Below, in pieces: positions 1-9,364 of a stretch of 64,000 bases of DNA. The notes beneath the pieces are model-generated. The model had not been told where the DNA came from. It saw only the letters and a program-made list of their open reading frames with translations, and did not search any database. Position 1 is the stretch's first letter, and each line of letters begins with the position of its first letter. The DNA lies in IMG/VR virus record IMGVR_UViG_3300049217_000071, positions 204,345 to 268,344 of that record; one strand, given 5' to 3'. Position numbers and translations under genes: made by a program.

Positions 1-2
1 TG

Positions 3-2282
3 TTAGGAATCCATCAAGCGGATCCTATCAAGTATAATCTGATCTTCGCCCGATTCCACAACAAGGAGAAGTCTAGCTTCCCAGATATTGATACGGACTT
101 TGCTCCATCAGGTCGTGAGAAAGTGCAGAACTATCTCCGACAGAAATATGGTGACGACCACGTAGCTCACGTGTCCAACGTCAATACCATTACGCCCAAA
201 GTGTATGCCAGAGATATTGCACGTGCTTGCGAACTAGGCGGTTCCAAAGATGAGGCGGTCAAGATTGGTAATGAGGTGGCAGACTGTTTGCCAGCCGAAA
301 TCCATTCCATCGATGAAGCTTTGACCAAAGTTCCTTTGTTTGCCGAGTATGTCAAGAAGTATCCTGAGTTTGAGAAATACAAAGACATCTGTGGCAAGTA
401 TCGTGCTTGGTCTACTCACGCAGGTGGTATCGTTATCTCAGCCCGTCCTTTGACCGGATTGGTGCCGCTCAGAAAAGATAAGGATGGCGCTCTCGCTATT
501 GAGTATGATAAGGATAAGGCCGAAGAAAACGGTCTGGTCAAGATGGATACCTTGGGCCTTTCTACCCTGGATATCATTGGTCAAACTATGCAACTGATCA
601 AGGAAGCTGGTAAGCCATTGCCTGCTGAACCTATGGATTATGATGTGTATGACAAGGAAACCTATGACGTCATTTCTGGTGGCGATACCTTCTGCGTTTT
701 CCAGTTGGGAACCAGCGGAGGCACGGTGGATTTGTGCCGTCGTATCAAGCCTAACAGCATCAATGATTTGGCCAACATCAACGCTTTGGCCAGACCTTCC
801 GCTCGTGATATGCGCAATGACTTTATCAAGACGCGTAATGGGGAAAGGCCTATGTCTCTCTTGCACCCCAACCTAGGCCGTGCTTTCAATAGCACCTACG
901 GATTCGGTTTGTATGAAGAGTGTTTGATGTATCTGGCTCAGGATATTGCCGGTTGGAGTTTGCATTCGGCTGACCGTTTGCGTAAGCTGACCAAAGAAAA
1001 AGGCAAGAACCCCAAGAAGGCTCAGGAATGGAGAACAGAGTTCATCAATGACGCTGTCAAAAACAATGTCAATGAAACCATTGCCAAGAGAATCTGGGAC
1101 GAAGTTGTGGATAAGTTCCAAGGCTACGGCTTCAACGTTTCTCACGCTGTGCTGTATTCGATGACTGGCTACAAGACGGCCTTTCTGAAAGCTCATTATC
1201 CAATTGAGTTTCTAATGGCCAACTTGATGGCGGAAGTCAAATCTAATACTCCTGATGCTAGAGGCAACATTGAGAAGATCAAGAAAGAGCTACGCAAGCA
1301 TCGTGTCAAGGTAGTGCCGCCCGATGTCAATAAGTCCCAACTGGTTTACACCATTGAAGATGGCAATCGACTCATCACCGGCTTGGATGCTATCAAGTTT
1401 GTGGGTGAGGACGCCATTAAAGACATTATCAGTAAGAGGCCCTTCAAGGACTTTTTCGATTTTATGGTGCGTGTCAGCTCTAAAGCTGTGCGAGCCAATA
1501 GCATTCAAGCTCTGGCTGCCTGTGGCGCCTTGGACTCTTTCAAGATTCCGCGTAAGCTAATGTTCTTGTATTGCTCGGACTATCGCAAGAAGCTACAAGT
1601 TTGGTTGAAGAAGCACGATCCCAATGTGGATCAGTTTGTGTATCCATATCCGTCCGAACCGGATTGGAGCGATCCTGAGCTATATGCTTTGGAACAGTAT
1701 TATTTGGGTGAGTCTTTCATCTGTCGACCGGCCCTGGCCTATGGCAATTTCTTCAAGGATGATCACAAGACAACCCAAGATGTCAAGAAGGCCAAAGACA
1801 AAACCAACGTCAGTTCTTTCAAGGGAATTGTGCGTAGCTTCTTTGAGTTCCGAGTCAAAAAGGAAACCAGTAAGTATTACGGCAAGCCAATGATCAAAGC
1901 TGTCTTGGAAGATAAGAATGGTGATCAATGCACCTGCACCATCTTCCCCGATCGTTGGGAAACGGTCAAGCAACGTATTCAGGAACTCAACAAGAAGGTG
2001 GAATTTGGGGTGGGCATTGCTCTGCACTTTGCTGGCAACACCAATAGCTATGAAGATTATATGGGTATCATCTTGGACAATCTGTTCAATATAGCTATTC
2101 CGCCTGGATTGCCGGTTGACTTGAAAGCCAAGAGAATCAATCTCAAGGAAGCTAGAGCCAAGCTTTCGCCGCAAGAGTTGGGTAAAAAGGTCAGAGATAT
2201 CAAGGACTTGTTTGAGGAAATTGAAGACGTCCTATATGACGAGGGCCTCATCGATTTAGAGGATGATCCCGAAGATGACTGA
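3..2282 (+). CDS. dnaE: DNA polymerase III alpha subunit (DnaE), 5'-truncated by the window edge
   Basis: The frame is open from position 3 and includes SFPDIDTDF (catalytic motif) upstream of the listed ORF. Also HAGGIVIS, KMDTLGL, GYGFNVSHA and a C-terminal OB-fold-like region. Confidence 0.95.
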   Translation, partial: LGIHQADPIKYNLIFARFHNKEKSSFPDIDTDFAPSGREKVQNYLRQKYGDDHVAHVSNVNTITPKVYARDIARACELGGSKDEAVKIGNEVADCLPAEIHSIDEALTKVPLFAEYVKKYPEFEKYKDICGKYRAWSTHAGGIVISARPLTGLVPLRKDKDGALAIEYDKDKAEENGLVKMDTLGLSTLDIIGQTMQLIKEAGKPLPAEPMDYDVYDKETYDVISGGDTFCVFQLGTSGGTVDLCRRIKPNSINDLANINALARPSARDMRNDFIKTRNGERPMSLLHPNLGRAFNSTYGFGLYEECLMYLAQDIAGWSLHSADRLRKLTKEKGKNPKKAQEWRTEFINDAVKNNVNETIAKRIWDEVVDKFQGYGFNVSHAVLYSMTGYKTAFLKAHYPIEFLMANLMAEVKSNTPDARGNIEKIKKELRKHRVKVVPPDVNKSQLVYTIEDGNRLITGLDAIKFVGEDAIKDIISKRPFKDFFDFMVRVSSKAVRANSIQALAACGALDSFKIPRKLMFLYCSDYRKKLQVWLKKHDPNVDQFVYPYPSEPDWSDPELYALEQYYLGESFICRPALAYGNFFKDDHKTTQDVKKAKDKTNVSSFKGIVRSFFEFRVKKETSKYYGKPMIKAVLEDKNGDQCTCTIFPDRWETVKQRIQELNKKVEFGVGIALHFAGNTNSYEDYMGIILDNLFNIAIPPGLPVDLKAKRINLKEARAKLSPQELGKKVRDIKDLFEEIEDVLYDEGLIDLEDDPEDD

Positions 2283-2423
2283 TATATATGATAAGAATCG
2301 ACACAGAAAATAACAAATAATAACAAAACCTACTAATAGTTGGTCATTTCGATATGCACGATGTCAAAAAGTGTTATATATGTGATGACACCAGGCTCTC
2401 TGGGAAATGATAAGAAAGTATTT

Positions 2424-3425
2424 ATGAAGCTGAATGATTGGGCCAAAAAGGCAGGAGTGAAGTATTTGACCGCTTACAGGTGGTTCAAGAACGGCACCCT
2501 ACCTGTGCCAGCTTATCAAACTGATTCAGGAACCATCATTGTGCAAGACAATTCTGAAGTATCGGAGCAAAATATGTCTGGCAACTCTGGTGATGCAATG
2601 TCCGTCTTATTGAAAAAGACGGTCGAGTTTAGTAAGAACAATTCTTCTATCGAAGACTTTGCCGCTTATGTTATTTCCAACTTTCAACTAAAATTGAATG
2701 GCACAGCTCCCGATGGTCCAAGATATTCCAAGAACAAGCCAAAGTCAGAAGATATACAGAAGCATTTTCAGCAGTTTATTCCTGATAAAGGAAAAGAAGA
2801 ACAGCTAAAGAGTATCAAAGCTCTTATCAAAGAACAAAACAAGGGAAAAGAAACTCTCTGTTATCCAGCCTCTGCTGTTGACAAGAGGATGAATGAAGAC
2901 AAACAAAATCTCGGCCAGCTACCAACCACCGATGATCTAGGATTTATCAGCTCTGATGAATTCGTAAGTGATGATCGTGTCGATGATTGGTGTGCCGGCG
3001 ATATTGTTGAAGGTTCGGTTACACAAAGTGTTGATTTAGATTCAACTCCACAACAAATCAACTATACTGGCTCTACTAATCTAGCCTTCAACAATAACTC
3101 TAATACTCTATCAGCCAATGATAACACTATGCCTGGCACCAACTTAGGCAGTAGTGGCACCGTATCTAGTGCTTTGGCCGATTATCGCACACTTGCTGCT
3201 GTTCTTGGTGGCACTGCAACTGCCTGTTCCGCTACCCCTTTTCAGGGCACGGCATCTTCCTGGGCCCCAACTGATGGTGGCGTTTATTTCAACTCGGTTC
3301 AGCAGTCGGCTACTCCCTTTATGCCTACCAAAAAGGAACTACAATCGGCTGTCAAGGTTATAGAAACGGCAGATACTGATCAACCACGTAGCAGACGCGG
3401 CCGTAAGCCGTTCAAGAAGGTATAA
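2424..3425 (+). CDS. Hypothetical protein with N-terminal IS607 TnpA-like HTH and low-complexity C-terminus
   Basis: MKLNDWAKKAGVKYLTAYRWFKNGTLPVPAYQTDSGTIIV resembles the MerR-like DNA-binding N-terminus of IS607 serine transposases. No serine-recombinase catalytic domain follows. The start could be further upstream (ORF open from 2340). Confidence 0.7.
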   Translation: MKLNDWAKKAGVKYLTAYRWFKNGTLPVPAYQTDSGTIIVQDNSEVSEQNMSGNSGDAMSVLLKKTVEFSKNNSSIEDFAAYVISNFQLKLNGTAPDGPRYSKNKPKSEDIQKHFQQFIPDKGKEEQLKSIKALIKEQNKGKETLCYPASAVDKRMNEDKQNLGQLPTTDDLGFISSDEFVSDDRVDDWCAGDIVEGSVTQSVDLDSTPQQINYTGSTNLAFNNNSNTLSANDNTMPGTNLGSSGTVSSALADYRTLAAVLGGTATACSATPFQGTASSWAPTDGGVYFNSVQQSATPFMPTKKELQSAVKVIETADTDQPRSRRGRKPFKKV

Positions 3426-3514
3426 TGACTAAGTTTATCAAGAAACATCCCTGGCTTTTATTTCAAGAAGGTATAATGACTAAGTTTATCAAGAAACATC
3501 CCTGGCTTTTATTT
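3411..3514. repeat. Perfect 51-bp tandem duplication spanning a stop/RBS/start junction
   Basis: ttcaagaaggtataatgactaagtttatcaagaaacatccctggcttttat occurs at 3411 and again at 3462; identity runs to 3514. Confidence 0.95.
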
Positions 3515-3994
3515 AAGTGCATTGCACTTACCTCCTGGTTTTGCGGCTTCTTGGCCAAGCATTTGACCAAAGCTATGCTCCTTTTGCTAGACCTCAAGAA
3601 TAAAGATCCTAACCCACCTCCGCCACCCGCTCCAAGAGAGCCTTCTTTCGAAGATCAGATGCAAACTACCGCTCAAAAAGGCAATCTCTTCTCCGTTGCG
3701 ACTCGTGAGAGACCTAAATTCAATTTCCCGTATATTCCTGAGTGGGTAGCCAAGTCTTTCAAGGATCATACTAAGCACCCGCTTCATAATGTGAAGTTGA
3801 AGCCACCATCATTTTTGCCAATGGCCTCCAAACCGGCTCCAGAAGCACCGCTGGCTCCTACCGTAGCTCTCGAAACCACGCTTGAGGTAGGACGTGCAGC
3901 GATTGATAATCTGCGCCAAGCTGTTTCCAATATAGAAAAGGCTGTAGAGCTACCACCAACCCGCAAACTCAAGAAATCAAGTAAGAAGGGCTAA
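3425..3994 (+). CDS. Hypothetical Pro-rich protein with possible N-terminal hydrophobic segment
   Basis: 189-aa ORF abutting both neighbours, with aagaagg before the ATG. The duplication gives a second in-frame start at 3476. Confidence 0.7.
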   Translation: MTKFIKKHPWLLFQEGIMTKFIKKHPWLLFKCIALTSWFCGFLAKHLTKAMLLLLDLKNKDPNPPPPPAPREPSFEDQMQTTAQKGNLFSVATRERPKFNFPYIPEWVAKSFKDHTKHPLHNVKLKPPSFLPMASKPAPEAPLAPTVALETTLEVGRAAIDNLRQAVSNIEKAVELPPTRKLKKSSKKG

Positions 3995-3995
3995 T

Positions 3996-5165
3996 ATGCA
4001 ATTACATCCTACTCAACTCGTCAAGACTTTTCTTCAGGACAAACCAGATTTAATGCAATCCTATGTGGATTGGGGAACTGTATTTGTGGAATACGCCCTT
4101 GCTCCTTTGGGAGGCATTCTATTGTATCTAATAGATGTGCAAGGATTAGACCCAAACACTTCATCTATCCAAAAGTATTGCCGAGAATTAGAAGAGGCTG
4201 TGGCTAATGTGCAAGACACCAAAGATTTCGATTCTGATTATGATCTTTCTTGGGTAACTAAGAAGTGGCAAGATGCCAATAGGGGACTGAAGGCTGTGCA
4301 ATTGACTCAGGAGAAATTCAGGGAACTAACTGATTTGAGCGATATAGCAGATAAGCCGGCCGAAGTAGTCGTCAATGGTCGAGTAGCAGACAGTGAGGAT
4401 GAGTTCTTTGCCAAATGCACCGAAATCAACCGTGTAGCGCCCCCTGCCCCAAAGCGAGAAATTCCTATCACCACTGAAGAGCAAGAAGCTCGTGATCAGC
4501 GTAAGCGCGATGTTCTAGAAAAAATGAAAGCCAAGATAGATTTGAGCAGCAAGTATGGTCGTCAAGAGTATAGAAAAGTGGTAGCAGAAGAGGATATCTT
4601 GGACAATAATACCAAGTTCAATCCAGGTGGTTTTATGGAAGACAAGCTTAATGAATTAGAAGAGCTACTTCAAAAAATGGAAAAGGACTCTCCTCCAAAG
4701 TCTAAGCCAACCAAGAAGGCTAACAAGATTACTAAGGTCAATCGAATCAATAAGCGCCCTTTCATCAAGAAGGAGCCGGCTACTCGTTTGTCCGATGATA
4801 ATCTGTTGCGTGCCGAGAAGTTAGCTCGTGAAATGGTGGTCAAGGGGCTTTGCGATGACAACAATGTTGCCATTGAAGCACAGATTGCTGAATTGGCTAG
4901 TCTCTCGAAGCCTTTAGAGGATTTGGCAAAGATTATCAAACGTCATACGCCCAAGATACAGTTTTCCAAACGGGCTCATAAAGAAGCAGAGGAGATACAA
5001 ACCCTAATCAAAAAGGGTCATTTAGATCCGAAAGATTTAGATGAACTGGTAAACAATGGTGCTCGTCAAGAAAGTGTTGATTGTTGGAAGCAACAACATA
5101 ATCACGAGTATAATGAAGCTACCAAGTTCAAGGGCAACTTCAGAAGGTCTCCTTCCAAAGGATAA
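3996..5165 (+). CDS. Hypothetical protein; C-terminus paralogous to the protease-scaffold C-terminus
   Basis: RAEKLAREMVVKGLC...RHTP and HKEAEEIQTLIKKGHLDPKDLDELV...W align by eye with segments of 34805..38494. Confidence 0.75.
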   Translation: MQLHPTQLVKTFLQDKPDLMQSYVDWGTVFVEYALAPLGGILLYLIDVQGLDPNTSSIQKYCRELEEAVANVQDTKDFDSDYDLSWVTKKWQDANRGLKAVQLTQEKFRELTDLSDIADKPAEVVVNGRVADSEDEFFAKCTEINRVAPPAPKREIPITTEEQEARDQRKRDVLEKMKAKIDLSSKYGRQEYRKVVAEEDILDNNTKFNPGGFMEDKLNELEELLQKMEKDSPPKSKPTKKANKITKVNRINKRPFIKKEPATRLSDDNLLRAEKLAREMVVKGLCDDNNVAIEAQIAELASLSKPLEDLAKIIKRHTPKIQFSKRAHKEAEEIQTLIKKGHLDPKDLDELVNNGARQESVDCWKQQHNHEYNEATKFKGNFRRSPSKG

Positions 5166-5167
5166 TT

Positions 5168-5626
5168 ATGCCAATCAGAAGAGTCAAGCAATATTCCGAT
5201 CGCGGAAGTATCAAGAACCTGCACAACGAGGACGATGACAACTATCCTCCGACTGATTTAGAGCTACGACTTAAGCAACTGTATGAGCGTGCCGTAGAAA
5301 CCAGAGACCAGGGCCTATCGGATTCCTTAGGTTTCATTACGATGAATAGTAAATCTATTGATCCGGTATCTGTTTATAGACACCGAGAATATGTTGAGTC
5401 TCTAAAGTCTAAACTAACTACTACTGAAAATATGAAGCAGATAGTGGATGCTATGCCCTTTGTTGACCCAGCGCTCGCTTGCCATCCACTTTCTCTATCC
5501 GATATCAGGAAAGCGCAGGCCAACTCTACTTACGCCATTCATCGAGTAGAAGAGTTTGTCAAGACGGCTGACGCCAATGGAAACATTTCCCACCGCAGCC
5601 TTAGAAGTTTTAGAAGAGTGAGTTAA
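5168..5626 (+). CDS. Hypothetical protein
   Basis: 152-aa ORF tightly packed between neighbours on the coding strand. Confidence 0.7.
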   Translation: MPIRRVKQYSDRGSIKNLHNEDDDNYPPTDLELRLKQLYERAVETRDQGLSDSLGFITMNSKSIDPVSVYRHREYVESLKSKLTTTENMKQIVDAMPFVDPALACHPLSLSDIRKAQANSTYAIHRVEEFVKTADANGNISHRSLRSFRRVS

Positions 5627-5627
5627 T

Positions 5628-6455
5628 ATGAAGTGTATAAGCTGTGAAACAGAAATCAATCCAAAGTGGAAACACGCCATTGATATCAACGTCTGCCCTT
5701 TTTGTGGACAGAACATTCTCGAAGAGCATCTCAAGAACTTGTTGGCGGATCTAGCCAAAACGATGCTCGCTTTGCAACAGTATCCTGATCAAGTCAATGA
5801 TTGGCTGCTCTCTAACTACAACTATGTCAAGACCGACTCCCCAGATCTAGCCTCTTTCATTCCAAAGGATACTATCAAGGAACTTCGTAAGGCCATTGAT
5901 GATGAAGAGTTTGAGAATAAGAAGCGCACTATCAAAGTCAAGACCGCTGACGGGGAACAGGAGGTGGAGGTGCAAAAGATTCAATCTGATGCGAAAACCA
6001 ACTCCTTTTTCGAGCGAGCCGAAGCCCTCCGAGATCCTCCCAAGAAAAAAGGAGAGGAGCCGGAAGCCCCTAAAAGTATTGCCGAAAAGACTCAGCATAT
6101 TAAGCAAATGGCGCAGCGAATCAAAAAAGAAGCCTCCCAAGGTATTGTCGGCCAAGCTGACCTGGCATCTATGATGTCGGCCGAGGGCGGTGGTGAAGTA
6201 GAAAATCCTGAGTTCGTGGCCGAATTACAGTCCGTGCTTTCGGGCGGTGATATAGTCAGTTCAGCCTTGCCAGAACCGGCCGGAGGTGACGATGACGTTA
6301 TTCCGGGTGCCGAGAATGTAGTTTCTAGAATGGCTAATATGGTGGGTAACAAGACTACAGCTCAAGAACGCGATATGAAGACTTTGCAGGAAATGCAAAA
6401 CAGAGTGCAGAACACCTCTAAGAAATTGGGTAAGGGTGGTTTCAGTCGAGCTTGA
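5628..6455 (+). CDS. Hypothetical protein with N-terminal Zn ribbon
   Basis: MKCISC...CPFCG at the N-terminus; charged, probably disordered remainder. Confidence 0.75.
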   Translation: MKCISCETEINPKWKHAIDINVCPFCGQNILEEHLKNLLADLAKTMLALQQYPDQVNDWLLSNYNYVKTDSPDLASFIPKDTIKELRKAIDDEEFENKKRTIKVKTADGEQEVEVQKIQSDAKTNSFFERAEALRDPPKKKGEEPEAPKSIAEKTQHIKQMAQRIKKEASQGIVGQADLASMMSAEGGGEVENPEFVAELQSVLSGGDIVSSALPEPAGGDDDVIPGAENVVSRMANMVGNKTTAQERDMKTLQEMQNRVQNTSKKLGKGGFSRA

Positions 6456-6476
6456 TTTTCAGAAAGAGTAAGTGCA

Positions 6477-6767
6477 ATGGGAATCCGAGTAGTCGACAAC
6501 AAAAAGCTGGATATGACGGATGATGAGTGGACGATGTATCAGCAAATCATCAAGTCTTACACAACCCTCAGTAATAAGGGCGAAGACCTTTTTATGGAGC
6601 TTTTCGAAACTGATGACGAAGGAATTATTGTCTTTCTTAGGCCACCTTCCAAACGTCAAACCAGCTTGCAGGTCTTCCTCTTTTTGATGGCCCTGATGCA
6701 GCACCAACACCTGCGATCTATGCGGAAACAGGTGACCGAAGCCATCGCGGAAATGAAGAAGAAATAA
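6477..6767 (+). CDS. Hypothetical protein
   Basis: 96-aa ORF in operon position. Confidence 0.7.
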   Translation: MGIRVVDNKKLDMTDDEWTMYQQIIKSYTTLSNKGEDLFMELFETDDEGIIVFLRPPSKRQTSLQVFLFLMALMQHQHLRSMRKQVTEAIAEMKKK

Positions 6768-6835
6768 GCGCGTTCATTAGTTTATTTTGTCGAGATAAAG
6801 TTCGTTATATTACGTATTACAGAAAGAAGACAGAC

Positions 6836-7345
6836 ATGAGCCAACAAGTAAGACTTGGTGATTTGATAGGTTCTAACCCTGAGGAAGACTTCAGGAATTT
6901 CGACCTCACCGAGGTGCAGCAAGTGCTGAACCAACTTCAACAGGTAGACGCCATTGACTTGGCGCACGCAGAATTTTTACAGCAACAAGCATTGAGAGGA
7001 GCCGACATCCTGGTAGAGTTTATGGCCAAGGTTGTCAAGACAGTAGGATATCTAGAAGCGAGAGTAAATAGCACGAAGAACAAAGTATCATTAGAATATG
7101 TGGCACCGGACGGTGCACGAACGACAGCAGATATGAAAAGATGGGCAGCCGATACATCGCCCGAAGTAGAAAATGTGCAAAACAGACTAGCAGAAGCCAA
7201 GGGAGCCAAGGTTGCCCTGGAACGAAAATTCGATATAATCGTCAAAGCCCATCATCATTATAAAGACATTGCGACCGGGCTGCGCAAGACGATCCTCGGA
7301 TATAGTTCAGACATCAACGAAAAGGCGCCCGAAGGCTACGAATGA
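6836..7345 (+). CDS. Helical protein, possibly a UvsY-like recombination mediator
   Basis: Predicted all-helical 169-aa protein immediately upstream of RecA. The function is inferred from size, composition and position only. Confidence 0.4.
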   Translation: MSQQVRLGDLIGSNPEEDFRNFDLTEVQQVLNQLQQVDAIDLAHAEFLQQQALRGADILVEFMAKVVKTVGYLEARVNSTKNKVSLEYVAPDGARTTADMKRWAADTSPEVENVQNRLAEAKGAKVALERKFDIIVKAHHHYKDIATGLRKTILGYSSDINEKAPEGYE

Positions 7346-7356
7346 TGGGAGATAAA

Positions 7357-8559
7357 ATGTCAGATGATAAGAAAAAGAAAGACGATAAGCTAACCGCGTT
7401 TTTCCGAAGTTTCGCCGAAGCTGATGCTGAATTGGATTTCAAGATGGCTCACGAAATGGTGGGCGCCAAATTGCCAGGTAGTTCAACTGGTTCATTAGCA
7501 TTAGATGATGCGTTATCATCTGGTAATCTGCCAAAGGGCAGGCTCTTTCAATATTACGGTCCCACCGGTTCTGGTAAGACGCTGATGGCGATGCTAGCCC
7601 TCAAAGAAGCTCAGATTGCGGAACCAGGCACTCAGCAAGTTTTTATCGATGCTGAAGGCACTTTCGATTCTAATTGGGCAGAGGCTCTAGGATTAGACAC
7701 TTCTAGGATCATCCATATCTTCGGTGAACAAGCCGTCAACGGACGTGATTGTTTCGAGATGCTTTTGGGTGTTCCCAAAGAAGATAAGAAGACTCACGAG
7801 TTGGTCGGCAAAAGCAAGGAAGGTTTGCTAGACAACATTATGAACGGTACCTTCAACATCAATTTCGTGGTGTTGGATTCTCTGGGCGCCATCATCCCGC
7901 CAGGGGAAGATATCTCCCGAGTTGGTAAGATGAATATGGCCTTGCAGGCTAGATTCCTTACTACTACTTTCCGTAAGCTGTCTCTAGACGCCAACAAGGC
8001 TCAAGTCCCCTTTATTTTCATCAACCATCAGAAAGCTGGTATGGATCCTTACGGACCTGACCACACCTTCTCGGGTGGTAATAGCTACGCTCACTTTTTG
8101 TCTGCCAACATCTATTTCGAGGCAGTGCAGAGAGCAGACGCTCAGATTCTAGATGCCAAGGAGCAGAAAATTGGGCATACGATGCGCGCCACTATTGAAA
8201 AGTCCAAGTTTGGACCGTGGCCAAGAAAATGTGAATTCAAGGTAAACTTCGGAATCGGTGTTATAGACAGGCACGAGGAAATCGCCCAACTGGCCGTGGA
8301 TTACAACGTCGTTGTCAAGACGTCCACTGTCTCCCATGAATACGGAGATAAAAAGTGGGTAGGCTTTCCCAAGTTTTGTGAAGCAGTAAAAGAGGACCAA
8401 AACTTTGCGAATGAACTAGTTGTCAAAATTAGTGCAGCTCGTGAAGCAAAATGGGAAACAGCACGTAAAGAACAAGAAGCAAAAAAGAATGCCCTACTTG
8501 GAGTTGCAGTATCTGAAGAGGATATTGAAGCTTCTAAGAAAGGTAAGAAGGGTAAGTAA
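7357..8559 (+). CDS. recA: RecA/UvsX-like recombinase
   Basis: Walker A YYGPTGSGKT, FIDAEG, Walker B VVLDSLGA, IFINHQ, KSKFGP. RBS gggag precedes the ATG at 7357. Confidence 0.93.
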   Translation: MSDDKKKKDDKLTAFFRSFAEADAELDFKMAHEMVGAKLPGSSTGSLALDDALSSGNLPKGRLFQYYGPTGSGKTLMAMLALKEAQIAEPGTQQVFIDAEGTFDSNWAEALGLDTSRIIHIFGEQAVNGRDCFEMLLGVPKEDKKTHELVGKSKEGLLDNIMNGTFNINFVVLDSLGAIIPPGEDISRVGKMNMALQARFLTTTFRKLSLDANKAQVPFIFINHQKAGMDPYGPDHTFSGGNSYAHFLSANIYFEAVQRADAQILDAKEQKIGHTMRATIEKSKFGPWPRKCEFKVNFGIGVIDRHEEIAQLAVDYNVVVKTSTVSHEYGDKKWVGFPKFCEAVKEDQNFANELVVKISAAREAKWETARKEQEAKKNALLGVAVSEEDIEASKKGKKGK

Positions 8560-8561
8560 TA

Positions 8562-8939
8562 ATGCCAAGTGATATTGCCGTTGGGGCTAATATAAATACT
8601 CCAGAAGGGGCGTTTGCAGTTCTCCCCCGAGGAGCCGCACAACTCAAGAAGCCTCCCTATCTAATTACATTGATAGAGACCAGCGGCAAAACGCAAACAG
8701 TTTCCAGGTTCGTATCTTTGGATAAACCAGAACTCCAGAATGGGTTTATTCAAGTTAGAGGAATCTTTTGCGACAAAGCGGAAGACGTAATTGTCAAAAG
8801 CTTTCAAGACATCTTGACGACTGAACCCAAGGAATCAATCTTGGAGATGATGTTTCCCATCCATAGAATACACAGCATTAGAAGTTTAGTGTATAGTGCT
8901 GTCAAAACGCTAACACCAACTAAGCAAGAAGGAAAGTGA
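8562..8939 (+). CDS. Hypothetical protein
   Basis: 125-aa ORF, operon-packed. Confidence 0.7.
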   Translation: MPSDIAVGANINTPEGAFAVLPRGAAQLKKPPYLITLIETSGKTQTVSRFVSLDKPELQNGFIQVRGIFCDKAEDVIVKSFQDILTTEPKESILEMMFPIHRIHSIRSLVYSAVKTLTPTKQEGK

Positions 8940-9277
8940 GCAGTATAATGAAGAGCAATGTGAGGAAAGTTTATCTAGGAACTGTGTGGCCAGATAATAT
9001 AGATGTGAATGAATTAACTTTTACGAAGCTTATTACGGTAATAGAAAACCTCTCTGGGAGAACCTGGACCGGCACGATGACTAATTTGACGACAGCTCTG
9101 AACAAAGTTTCGAGTCGCAATCAAAGAAATCTTCTACCCCGTTCCCCAGGTGCTCTGAGAGTGGTGATAAACAGAATAGCCAACAGGCTACGCAACAGAG
9201 GTATTGGCGTCAAGTTTGCACGTACCACTGATCACGCAAGAACACGCACCGTAAGATTTACACGCACATCATTCTGA
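8936..9277 (+). CDS. Small basic protein, possible stand-alone winged-helix DNA-binding domain
   Basis: WTGTMTNL...LPRSPGALRVVINRIANRLRNRGIGVKF resembles the C-terminal wHTH of phage/plasmid primase-helicases (recognised by eye). Confidence 0.45.
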   Translation: MSSIMKSNVRKVYLGTVWPDNIDVNELTFTKLITVIENLSGRTWTGTMTNLTTALNKVSSRNQRNLLPRSPGALRVVINRIANRLRNRGIGVKFARTTDHARTRTVRFTRTSF

Positions 9278-9311
9278 TGTGATGAATAGATTACGATCGA
9301 TGTTTGTTAAG

Positions 9312-9340
9312 TAGATAGTAAACGTACCTTTGTGTACAAT
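9312..9340 (+). promoter_or_regulatory. Sigma70-like promoter for the SSB-like gene
   Basis: TAGATA (9312-9317), 17 nt, TACAAT (9335-9340). RBS aggag lies downstream. Confidence 0.45.
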
Positions 9341-9364
9341 AGAAAATAACAGTTAGGAGATCAT

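Noticed and set aside
2340-3425. Intact IS607 element
   Set aside because: No serine-recombinase catalytic domain, no tnpB, and no recognisable element ends.
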